DNA of 64,000 nucleotides from Candidatus Lloydbacteria bacterium CG22_combo_CG10-13_8_21_14_all_47_15 (GTDB lineage Bacteria; Patescibacteriota; Minisyncoccia; Phycocordibacterales; 21-14-all-47-15): NCBI GenBank assembly GCA_002771515.1, contig PCTL01000001.1, positions 7,995 to 71,994 of the forward strand, read 5' to 3'. Shown piece by piece: positions 45,940 to 54,709 of this stretch (position 1 is its first letter; each line of letters starts with the position of its first letter). The notes under the pieces were generated by a model. It saw only the letters and a program-made list of their open reading frames with translations, ran no database searches and was not told where the DNA came from. The position numbers and the translations under genes were made by a program.

Positions 45940-48132
45940 ATGGTAAGAAACATGTCCCAGAATACAATCAATACGGCGCTGCGATGGATTATTCTTACCG
46001 GTATTTTTATTATCCCGTTCGTTCCGCTAATTGTTTCGCCGTCAATGTTTTTCCCGTTTATCACGGGAAAGAATTTTACTTTTCGTATTTTGGTTGAAAT
46101 CGTCTTTGCCGTGTGGCTCGTCTTGATGTACCGAGACGCATCGTATCGTCCTAAGTTTTCATGGATGTTTGCCGCGATTGCCGGATTCATCGGCGTTATG
46201 ACTTTTGCAGACCTCTTTGGTGAGAATCCGATCAAGAGTATCTGGAGTAACTTTGAGCGGATGGAAGGGCTCGTGGCGCTTTTGCATCTTGGCGCGTACG
46301 CGATTGTCGCCGGTACTACGCTGCGTACAGAGTATCTCTGGGGCGTGTTCGCGCATACTTCTCTCGGCGCTAGCTTGATTGTTGGCTCCTACGCGGCGCT
46401 TCAGCTTGTGGGCTCGGTCGCCACTCACCAAGGGAGTCGTTTAGATGCGACACTTGGCAACGCGTCGTATCTTGCCGTATATATGCTCTTCCACATTTTC
46501 ATCGCGGCATTTCTCTGGGCGCGGCAGGCGGAGCGTCCGTGGGCAAAATGGGTATACGCGCCGATTATTCTTTTTGAAACATTTATCCTATACCACACCG
46601 CGACGCGCGGTACGATTCTCGGGCTTCTCGGTGGGACGCTTGTCGCCGCGTTGCTTGTTTCTATATTCGGCAGAGACACTCCGCGTGTACGGAAAATCGC
46701 AGTCGGTTTTATTGCGGCCGTTGTTCTTATTGTCGGGAGTTTTCTCGCGGTTAAAGATGCGCAATTTGTGAAAGACAGTCCGGTTCTCTCCCGTTTCGCG
46801 TCAATTTCTCTTGAGGAGCGTACTACTCAATCGCGCTTCATAATCTGGGGTATGGCGTTTGAAGGATTCAAAGAACACCCGATACTCGGTTGGGGACAGG
46901 AGAATTTCAATATCGTATTCAATAAATTTTTCAAGCCGGTGCTCTATAAGCAGGAGCCGTGGTTTGACCGCGCGCACAATGTATTCTTAGATTGGCTTAC
47001 AGCCGGCGGCGCTTTGGGTCTTCTATCGTATCTGTCACTTTTCGGAGCCGCTCTTTGGGTTATCTGGCGAGTCGGCGCGTTGTCAGTTGTTGAGCGAAGC
47101 ATATTGACGGGACTTTTGGCGGCATATTTTGCACACAATTTCTTTGTCTTTGATAACATAGTGAGCTATATTCTCTTCTTCTCGTTTCTCGGGTATATGA
47201 CATCTGTTGGGCATCGTGTGCGCGCCGCGGAGACGGATGCCACCATTATTGAGCCACCGTCTCATGTTGCTTCTTCAATTGTCGCGAGTATCGTCATAGC
47301 CTCGCTTATGTTTAGCATCTACTTCATCAATATCCGCGGCGTGCTCGCGGCTCAGACACTGCTTCGCGCAATCTCGCAACAGGAGACGGTAGACGGTAAC
47401 TTTGCACTGTTTAAAAAAGCGACTTCGTACCATTACGCGACCCAAGAGGTCCGCGAACAACTGCTCCGTTTCGCGTCTGATGTTGGCAGAGCAAATATCC
47501 CGCAGGAGACAAAAAATGAAATTTTAACCTACGCTGTTAATGAAATGGCAAAACAAATTCAAATACAGCCAAACGATACGCGCTTGCTCCTTTTTTATGG
47601 TTCGTTTATGGACCAGCTCGGCCAGCGTGAACAGGCGATTGAATTGCTGACGGAAGCGCGTCGGACATCGCCTGGGAAACAGCTCGTGTGGATTGGATTA
47701 GGTAACACATATCTAAATCAAGGAGATTACGAAACGATGATTGAAGTATTCCGCGAAGGATATGAACTGGAAACCACGAACCAACGGATGCATCTTGCAT
47801 ATGCTATTGGTGCGATTTATGCAGACCGGCGTGATATTGAGAAAGAGCTTTTGACCGAAGATTTTGAGACATATTATATCTGGCGGGACGCGGTTGTTAA
47901 TGCCTACGCTTCACAAAAACGCTTTCCTGAACTTGTCGCGATCTGGGAGAAGCGGGTGTCGGCGCAACCTGATAACGCGCAGTATAATCTCTCTCTTGGC
48001 GCGGCTTACGCGCAGAACGGTGAATTCCGAAAGGCGATAGGGCAGATACAGAAAACGATTGAGCTGAATCCGGATTTCAAAGAGACCGGAGAGTATTATA
48101 TCAGCGAACTGCGTGCCGGAAGATTGCCATAA
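45940..48132 (+). CDS. O-antigen ligase-like (Wzy_C/PglL-type) polytopic membrane protein fused to C-terminal TPR repeats
   Basis: About 12 TM helices with a large periplasmic loop, as in the WaaL/PglL/Wzy_C family. The C-terminal roughly 170 aa are TPR-like (…LGNTYLNQGDYETMIEVFREGYELE…, …LSLGAAYAQNGEFRKAIGQIQKTIELNP). An alternative start is ATG 45952. Confidence 0.7.
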   Translation: MVRNMSQNTINTALRWIILTGIFIIPFVPLIVSPSMFFPFITGKNFTFRILVEIVFAVWLVLMYRDASYRPKFSWMFAAIAGFIGVMTFADLFGENPIKSIWSNFERMEGLVALLHLGAYAIVAGTTLRTEYLWGVFAHTSLGASLIVGSYAALQLVGSVATHQGSRLDATLGNASYLAVYMLFHIFIAAFLWARQAERPWAKWVYAPIILFETFILYHTATRGTILGLLGGTLVAALLVSIFGRDTPRVRKIAVGFIAAVVLIVGSFLAVKDAQFVKDSPVLSRFASISLEERTTQSRFIIWGMAFEGFKEHPILGWGQENFNIVFNKFFKPVLYKQEPWFDRAHNVFLDWLTAGGALGLLSYLSLFGAALWVIWRVGALSVVERSILTGLLAAYFAHNFFVFDNIVSYILFFSFLGYMTSVGHRVRAAETDATIIEPPSHVASSIVASIVIASLMFSIYFINIRGVLAAQTLLRAISQQETVDGNFALFKKATSYHYATQEVREQLLRFASDVGRANIPQETKNEILTYAVNEMAKQIQIQPNDTRLLLFYGSFMDQLGQREQAIELLTEARRTSPGKQLVWIGLGNTYLNQGDYETMIEVFREGYELETTNQRMHLAYAIGAIYADRRDIEKELLTEDFETYYIWRDAVVNAYASQKRFPELVAIWEKRVSAQPDNAQYNLSLGAAYAQNGEFRKAIGQIQKTIELNPDFKETGEYYISELRAGRLP

Positions 48133-48159
48133 ATTATCCACCGGAATACGCATCGTCAG

Positions 48160-48188
48160 TTGACGATTATCCTATTTTCTGCTAAGAT
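48160..48188 (+). promoter_or_regulatory. promoter TTGACG-17-TAAGAT
   Basis: ttgacg at 48160-65 and taagat at 48183-88. It would drive a transcript starting about 48195 through the structured region towards murB. Confidence 0.45.
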
Positions 48189-48194
48189 AGAATA

Positions 48195-48440
48195 GTGAGA
48201 GCAATCCTTCGGGAGGGCAATCCAAGTAAAGCAAATATCTTGCGTAAACCCCGCCATCCGGCGGGGTTTACGTTTACATACACATGTACATACACATGCA
48301 GGAAGAGCGGTGGTAAAGTCAAAGCCATGTTGAGAGCAGTAAAGCCATGTGGCAAGGCAGGGTTGCGTATGCCGGCAGTGGGTTTATACTAAACATATTG
48401 CGCTCGGATATGGCCAGCCGCGCACTCACATAGGTATTTG
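48195..48440 (+). other. candidate small ncRNA or structured 5' leader (unclassified)
   Basis: UUCG-loop hairpin (…tccTTCGgga…), a terminator-like CCCCGCC-atcc-GGCGGGG followed by ttt at about 48250-48275, the direct repeat acatacacatg x2, and the repeated motif taaagccatgt x2. The only ORF (48195-48392) has atypical composition. Confidence 0.3.
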
Positions 48441-48463
48441 CTTGGAGCTCGCTCCGGCTGGCC

Positions 48464-49510
48464 TTGTCCGGGCGGAACGCTATGTTTCGTATTGTTGAAC
48501 AAGCCCCGTTGGCTCAAAGAACAACTTTTCGCATCGGTGGCAGCGCGCGGTATTTCTGCGAAGCGGCAACGGTTGCAGAACTGAAAAAAGCGATTGGTTT
48601 CGCGCGCCGGCACGGCGTGCCGTTTTTTATTTTAGGTTGCGGGTCAAATGTGTTGTTTTCCGATGACGGATTTAACGGTTTAGTCATAACCATGACAAAC
48701 CGCGGAAGCTCGTTTAAACAAGAAGCGGAGAGCGTGCTCGCGGTTGTAGAGGCCGGCGAAAATTGGGATTCGTTCGTCGGCAAGTCTACAGAGCTCGGAT
48801 TGTTCGGTATAGAAAATCTTTCCGCGATTCCGGGCAGTGTCGGCGCGGCACCGGTCCAGAATATCGGCGCGTATGGACAGGAGGTCAAAGACACACTTGC
48901 TTGGGTAGATGTATTTGATACGGAACGCGAGGAAGTAGCGCGGCTTGAAAATGCAGAATGCCGTTTCGGCTATCGCGACAGTATTTTTAAAACAGAAGCG
49001 GGGAGACGATTTGTGATTATTCAAGTGGCATTTCGTCTTTGTCCAAGCGGAAAAGTTATAACATCATATCGCGGTGTTTTAAACGCGCTTGAAAAAGAAA
49101 ATATATCAAGACCGACTCCCGCCGATATGCGGAGAATTATTACCGCGATACGGGCAGACAAGCTTCCCGATGTCTCGCGAGTCGGTACTGCTGGTTCATT
49201 TTTCAAAAATCCTGTTGTATTAGGCGGTATTGCCACAGCGTTGGCGGAGCAATATCCGGATATGCCGCGTTTCCGAGCAGCCGCAGATGGTGGAGTAAAA
49301 CTTTCCGCCGCATGGCTTATTGAACATCTCTCCGGTATGAAAGGCGCGCGCCGAGGTGATGCGGGAGTGTATGAAAATCAGGCAATCGTTTTGGTGAATA
49401 CAGGTTCCGCGCGCGCGGATGACATTCTTTATCTCGCGGAAGAAATTGAACAAAAAATTTTTGCGCGCACGGGAATTAAACTTGAACGCGAAGTGCAGGT
49501 CGTACAATAA
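48464..49510 (+). CDS. murB: UDP-N-acetylenolpyruvoylglucosamine reductase MurB
   Basis: FAD-binding region (…RTTFRIGGSARYF…GVPFFILGCGSNVLF…) and the C-terminal MurB domain. An alternative start is ATG 48482. Confidence 0.88.
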   Translation: MSGRNAMFRIVEQAPLAQRTTFRIGGSARYFCEAATVAELKKAIGFARRHGVPFFILGCGSNVLFSDDGFNGLVITMTNRGSSFKQEAESVLAVVEAGENWDSFVGKSTELGLFGIENLSAIPGSVGAAPVQNIGAYGQEVKDTLAWVDVFDTEREEVARLENAECRFGYRDSIFKTEAGRRFVIIQVAFRLCPSGKVITSYRGVLNALEKENISRPTPADMRRIITAIRADKLPDVSRVGTAGSFFKNPVVLGGIATALAEQYPDMPRFRAAADGGVKLSAAWLIEHLSGMKGARRGDAGVYENQAIVLVNTGSARADDILYLAEEIEQKIFARTGIKLEREVQVVQ

Positions 49511-49764
49511 TATTTTATTTTTTAATTTTTAAATTTATAGTTTGTTCTCCGCGCGCAGTATATTTTTTGCGAGCTTTGCGCGCAAAGTTATCCACATTTT
49601 TGTAAAAATATTATTGTTTTTGTGTACGCAGTGTATGATAATAAAAATAATTGCAATAAACACAAACGCAAAAAAATTTTTAATTTTTAATTTTTATTTT
49701 TTTAAAATTTTTTTGCATGGTCGAGTTTATCGCGTTCGTTAGAAATTAATCTCTTTATATTCTT

Positions 49765-49914
49765 ATGGCACGAAAACGAAAAGTTGCAAAAAAGGCGGTG
49801 AAGAAGACAACGAAGAAACGGAAGACAGTTAGCCGAAAGAAAGCGGCACCGAAGAAGAAGACAACCAAGCGCCGCACGACCAAGCGCAAGACAGTACGCC
49901 GCAAAAAGAAGTAA
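49765..49914 (+). CDS. 49-aa extremely Lys/Arg-rich protein (histone H1-like or ribosome/nucleoid-associated basic protein)
   Basis: MARKRKVAKKAVKKTTKKRKTVSRKKAAPKKKTTKRRTTKRKTVRRKKK*. It is not in the ORF track because it is under 60 aa. It is preceded by a roughly 250-nt AT-rich region and followed by its own terminator. Confidence 0.6.
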   Translation: MARKRKVAKKAVKKTTKKRKTVSRKKAAPKKKTTKRRTTKRKTVRRKKK

Positions 49915-49956
49915 TTGCTTCTACAAAGGCAATGTATTGCCTTGGTACCGACAAAA

Positions 49957-49982
49957 CCCCGCTTCCTGCGGGGTTTTGTGTT
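49957..49982 (+). terminator. rho-independent terminator
   Basis: CCCCGC-ttcct-GCGGGG followed by TTTTGTGTTT. Confidence 0.8.
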
Positions 49983-50015
49983 TATGGTACAATGGTGGTA
50001 CGCTAGTGAAACATT

Positions 50016-52514
50016 ATGGGGTTTCTGTCAAAAATATTCGGTGATGACAATACAAAGCGGCTCAAAGCGATTGAGCCGCTTGTCAGACGCATTAATGAGC
50101 ATGAGGAAGGCGTAAAAGCGTTGGCAGATTCAGATTTTCCAAAAAGAACAGAAGAACTGAAGCGGCGATATATAGATGGTGCGTCGTTGGACAATCTATT
50201 GCCGGATGCGTTTGCGCTCGTTCGAGAAGCGGCGCGACGCACACTCTCCCAAAGGCATTTTGACGAACAGCTTATCGGCGGTATAGCGCTTCACGAAGGT
50301 AGTATCACAGAAATGAAGACCGGGGAGGGGAAAACCTTGGTCGCAACCCTACCCGCATACTTAAACGCGCTGTCAGGTAAAGGCGTACATGTGGTAACTG
50401 TGAACGACTACCTCTCGCGGCGCGATGCCGCGTGGATGGGACAGATTTATCACTTTCTCGGGCTTCGTACCGGTTGCATTAATCATGAAGCGTCTTTTCT
50501 TTATGACCCAAGTCATACTGAAAAAGATGCCGAGCGCGATACGCTTGGCTCATTCAAAGTTGTGCACGAATTTTTAAAGCCGGTCTCACGGCAGGAAGCA
50601 TATTCCGCTGACATCACTTACGGCACGAATAACGAATTCGGATTTGATTATCTGCGTGACAATCTTGCGTATAAAAAAGATCAGATGTCTCAGCGCGGAC
50701 ATGCGTACGCGATTGTTGACGAAGTGGACTCTATTTTAATAGACGAAGCGCGGACACCTCTCATTATTTCAGCGCCAGCGCAGGAATCCGATGAATTTTA
50801 CACGAAATTTGCGGAGATTGCGCGCGGCATGGAGCGTGATACTGATTTTACCGTTGAAGAAAAGTATAAAAGCATTTCGCTTACCGATACTGGGATTTCA
50901 AAAGCGGAACACATACTCGGCGTGGATAATATCTATACCGAAAAGGGTATTAAATATGTGCACCATCTTGAGACGGCTGTTCGCGCGAAAGCGCTCTTTG
51001 CCCGTGACAAAGATTATGTGATTCGGGATGGCGATGTGGTTATTGTTGACGAATTTACAGGCCGTCTTCAGCCGGGGCGGCGTTGGTCAGAGGGTCTTCA
51101 CCAGGCAGTGGAGGCGAAAGAGGGCGTGCCGGTGCAGAAAGAGTCGCGGACGGTTGCCTCTATCACTTTTCAAAATTATTTCCGCATGTATGAGAAGCTC
51201 TCCGGTATGACGGGCACCGCGGACACATCCCGTGAAGAGTTTCGGAATGTATATAATCTGGATGTATTGGTTATACCAACGCACAAGCCGATTGCGCGCG
51301 CAGATTACGATGACTTAATATACCAGACGGAAGCAGGCAAGCTTCAGGCAATTGCCAGAAAAGTTAAAGAGCTCCATGAAAAAGGCCAGCCGGTGCTTGT
51401 CGGGACCGTCTCAATTGAAAAAAATGAAATGCTCTCGCAGTATTTGTCGCGAGAGAGAGTGCCACACGAGATGCTCAATGCGAAAAATCATGAACGCGAA
51501 GGTGAGATTGTGGCGCAAGCCGGTCGGAGGGGTGCTGTGACTATCGCGACGAACATGGCTGGTCGCGGTGTTGACATCAAACTTGGCGGGAATCCTCCCA
51601 CTGACGAGGAATATGAGGCGGTGAAGAAGGCAGGCGGACTTTTTGTGTTGGGTACCGAGCGGCATGAGGCGCGGCGGATAGACAACCAGCTTCGCGGACG
51701 CTCGGGCCGTCAGGGCGACCCCGGCGCAACCCAGTTTTTTGTGTCGCTTGACGACACGCTTATGCGGGTATTCGCGTCTGACACCGTGAAAGCTATGATG
51801 GGGCGTTTTGGCATTCCGGAAGACCAGCCGATTGAAAATAAGATGATTACCCGTTCGCTTGAAGCGGCGCAGAAGCGGATAGAAGGATTTAACTTTGACG
51901 CACGACGACATGTGCTTGATTACGATAATGTGTTAAATAAACAGCGACAAGCGGTGTACGGCGAACGGCAGAAAATACTCGCAAATAATGACGAAGCCGT
52001 GTTTTCATATTTGGAAATGCTCTTTTTAGGCAACGATACTGCTTACGAGAAATTTCTAAAAAAGCGTGAAGCGGTGGGGGACGCGCGGTTGGCGCAGGTT
52101 TTACGCATCATTATTCTCCAGACCATAGATATGCTCTGGATGGAACATCTGGAGACAATGGACTATCTCCGAAGTTCGGTGCGTCTGCGCGCGTACGGCC
52201 AGCGCGATCCGCTTGTGGAATATAAAAAAGAAGGTGCACAGCTTTTCCATGAGATGCAGGAGGCGGCGCATCATCAGATTATTAATCATATTTCAAACAT
52301 AGATGAACAGGCGCTTGCGGTAGGCATTGCACGGGAAGAAAAACGGCTCAAAGAGGTGCACGAGCACGCGCAGACGGTTGGAGGAGATGACTCGGCGCAG
52401 GCAATACCTGTGCGCGCTGACAAACCCAAAACATCTGACGGAAAAACTATTGGCAGGAATGACCCATGCTTTTGCGGCTCGGGGAAGAAATATAAGCGCT
52501 GTCACGGCGCTTGA
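50016..52514 (+). CDS. secA: preprotein translocase ATPase SecA
   Basis: N-terminus MGFLSKIFGDDNTKRLK, DEAD-like motor domains, and the C-terminal zinc-binding tail CFCGSGKKYKRCHGA. Confidence 0.95.
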   Translation: MGFLSKIFGDDNTKRLKAIEPLVRRINEHEEGVKALADSDFPKRTEELKRRYIDGASLDNLLPDAFALVREAARRTLSQRHFDEQLIGGIALHEGSITEMKTGEGKTLVATLPAYLNALSGKGVHVVTVNDYLSRRDAAWMGQIYHFLGLRTGCINHEASFLYDPSHTEKDAERDTLGSFKVVHEFLKPVSRQEAYSADITYGTNNEFGFDYLRDNLAYKKDQMSQRGHAYAIVDEVDSILIDEARTPLIISAPAQESDEFYTKFAEIARGMERDTDFTVEEKYKSISLTDTGISKAEHILGVDNIYTEKGIKYVHHLETAVRAKALFARDKDYVIRDGDVVIVDEFTGRLQPGRRWSEGLHQAVEAKEGVPVQKESRTVASITFQNYFRMYEKLSGMTGTADTSREEFRNVYNLDVLVIPTHKPIARADYDDLIYQTEAGKLQAIARKVKELHEKGQPVLVGTVSIEKNEMLSQYLSRERVPHEMLNAKNHEREGEIVAQAGRRGAVTIATNMAGRGVDIKLGGNPPTDEEYEAVKKAGGLFVLGTERHEARRIDNQLRGRSGRQGDPGATQFFVSLDDTLMRVFASDTVKAMMGRFGIPEDQPIENKMITRSLEAAQKRIEGFNFDARRHVLDYDNVLNKQRQAVYGERQKILANNDEAVFSYLEMLFLGNDTAYEKFLKKREAVGDARLAQVLRIIILQTIDMLWMEHLETMDYLRSSVRLRAYGQRDPLVEYKKEGAQLFHEMQEAAHHQIINHISNIDEQALAVGIAREEKRLKEVHEHAQTVGGDDSAQAIPVRADKPKTSDGKTIGRNDPCFCGSGKKYKRCHGA

Positions 52515-52675
52515 ATTTCCGTCGCTCGCCCATCACGAAAACAAGTTTTCGCGTGGGCTCGCTAGGAAATATAAAAAGTGTCATGGGGCGTAATATGTTC
52601 CATGTAGACAATCTTTAAATGCCTGCTATGCTTGTAGCGGGTGTTTTTTTATATTTTGTTGAAAGGAGTATGAAT

Positions 52676-53452
52676 ATGAAGCGGGCGCTCGTTGTATTTT
52701 TTGCATTATATTTTCTTGGTGTTGGTAATGGTATGTTGCAGAATGCAGCCGCCTCGGATTCCGGCAACTCCGGCAGGGCAGTATTTGATATGTTGGATAC
52801 GGATAATCCAACACAAATTCTTTATAAAGCGGAGCGTGTTGCGAGCATATATTATCTCGTGTGGAAATCTGATCTTGACGCTACTCTTGTTTCCCGTATT
52901 TACGGTATTATTTCAGCAGCAATGTCAAAGGCGAGTGTGGGCGTACCTCTTTCCTCATCTGGTACATTACCCGGTGTGCGGTATGAAGTCTCGGTTGAAA
53001 GAGGAAAGATTTTAACGAATGGCACGATAGCATTTTTTTCCGGCGAGACGCGCATGGAGTACAATACAATCTGGTCGGCGTATCTTATCTCGGGCGATGC
53101 AGAACGAGAAGATACTTTATTTATTCCGATACAGAAATATTCATATAGTGCAGGAGATTATACGGCCTCTGTTGTTGCCGAGGCTTCCGCACCGCTTTCA
53201 GAATATAGCATCGGCAATTCGTTCGTTTCAGTGGTACACCAGGATAAGGATATGTCTATGGTCAGCAGGGCGGAAGATACGAACGGTAATGGCGTGGTTG
53301 ACCGAGTTATTCTTGTTCAACGGCGAATTCCTTCCGGCGCCTCGGATACTATCCGTGTTGAGCGTGATGAAAAAAGGGGCGAGTGGGGGACGATAAGCGT
53401 TACCAAATGCAGTGACGCACAAACATGTTACGCTTATTCGTTTGAGCGTTAA
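52676..53452 (+). CDS. hypothetical secreted protein
   Basis: Signal peptide MKRALVVFFALYFLGVGNG…; no recognisable domain. The track start 52619 is likely an extension. Confidence 0.5.
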   Translation: MKRALVVFFALYFLGVGNGMLQNAAASDSGNSGRAVFDMLDTDNPTQILYKAERVASIYYLVWKSDLDATLVSRIYGIISAAMSKASVGVPLSSSGTLPGVRYEVSVERGKILTNGTIAFFSGETRMEYNTIWSAYLISGDAEREDTLFIPIQKYSYSAGDYTASVVAEASAPLSEYSIGNSFVSVVHQDKDMSMVSRAEDTNGNGVVDRVILVQRRIPSGASDTIRVERDEKRGEWGTISVTKCSDAQTCYAYSFER

Positions 53453-53551
53453 TAATAAAATCCCGCGTATGCCAGAATATGGCACGCGGGATTTTGCTGT
53501 TTTTAGGTATTCCTTGCTATACTGTTGGATATTCACTAATGCAATTTTTGT

Positions 53552-54565
53552 ATGAAAATCATTTCGTTTTATAACGATCCATGGGAGGCAGATTATATGA
53601 AAGTAAAGTTAAGCGGGCATGAGGTTGTCTTCCACGAAGGTTCGCTCCAAGACGATTCGGACATCAGAGATGATGCCGCCGAAGTGCTTTCGGTCTTTGT
53701 AAAGTCCACTGTGGGCGCGGCGGAGTTTGATAGGTTTCCTGCCGTGAAGCATGTAGTGACTCGTTCCACCGGTTTTGACCATATTGACCTTGTCGAAGCA
53801 GATAAGCGGGGCATTACGGTGGCGAATGTGCCAACTTACGGCGAAAATACCGTTGCCGAGTTTGCGTTCGCGCTTTTGTTGATGCTTGCGCGTCGCACAT
53901 ACGAAGCGCACGATCGTGTTATCACAACGAGCTCTTTCTCTCCCAAAGGTCTTATGGGCTTTGATTTAATGGGAAAAACAATCGGCGTCATCGGCACAGG
54001 CCATATCGGGCAGTTTGCGATTCGCATCGCGCGCGGGTTCGGTATGAATATCATCGCGTTTGACATCAATCATGATGATGCGTTTGCGAAAGAAATCGGC
54101 TTTGAATATGTGGAATTGGACGCGCTCCTTTCACGCTCAGATATTATTACGCTACATTTACCGCTCAATAAGCATACAGAGCATCTGCTGAATAAAGACA
54201 ATATGAGAAAAATAAAAAAAGGCGCATACCTCATAAATACCGCGAGAGGCCCTCTCGTTGATACTGATGCTCTTATTATGGCGCTCAAAGAAGAAATTTT
54301 AGCCGGTGCCGGTATGGATGTGCTTGAAGAAGAAGGGTATATGCTTGATGAAATGAAGCTCCTCGTTGACGAGCATCCGAATGCTGAAACGCTTCAGACG
54401 GTTCTTCAGAATCATTATCTGATAGACCACCCGCGCGTCATTATTACGCCGCATATGGCGTTTAACACGAAGGAGGCGCGAGAGCGTATTCTGGATGTAA
54501 CTGCGGAAAATATTACCTCGTACGCTTTAGGTAAGCCGACAAATATTGTGAAGCCAAAAGTGTAA
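53552..54565 (+). CDS. D-isomer-specific 2-hydroxyacid dehydrogenase (D-lactate dehydrogenase-like)
   Basis: N-terminus MKIISFY, NAD-binding GxGxxG (VIGTGHIGQ), and the catalytic His/Glu/Arg region (…LINTARGPLVD…, …ITPHMAFNT…). Confidence 0.85.
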   Translation: MKIISFYNDPWEADYMKVKLSGHEVVFHEGSLQDDSDIRDDAAEVLSVFVKSTVGAAEFDRFPAVKHVVTRSTGFDHIDLVEADKRGITVANVPTYGENTVAEFAFALLLMLARRTYEAHDRVITTSSFSPKGLMGFDLMGKTIGVIGTGHIGQFAIRIARGFGMNIIAFDINHDDAFAKEIGFEYVELDALLSRSDIITLHLPLNKHTEHLLNKDNMRKIKKGAYLINTARGPLVDTDALIMALKEEILAGAGMDVLEEEGYMLDEMKLLVDEHPNAETLQTVLQNHYLIDHPRVIITPHMAFNTKEARERILDVTAENITSYALGKPTNIVKPKV

Positions 54566-54630
54566 ATAATAAGTTTTGCAGATAACCGTTTGCTTGTTTG
54601 CCGGCGTATAAAATAAAAACGCTGTTTTGC

Positions 54631-54659
54631 TTGACACAAACAGTGTTTTTGATTATAAT
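54631..54659 (+). promoter_or_regulatory. consensus sigma70-type promoter TTGACA-17-TATAAT
   Basis: ttgaca at 54631-36 and tataat at 54654-59, followed by a GGAGG Shine-Dalgarno before ATG 54710. Confidence 0.55.
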
Positions 54660-54709
54660 ACTGCGTAGGTTTTCTTTGCCAACACTACTGACTACTGACG
54701 GAGGAATAG

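Noticed and set aside
48195-48392. 65-aa ORF MRAILREGNPSKANIL…TFTYTCTYTCRKSGG…
   Set aside because: Its composition is driven by the ACATACACATG direct repeat, there is no Shine-Dalgarno, and it overlaps hairpins. The region is treated as non-coding RNA or leader instead.
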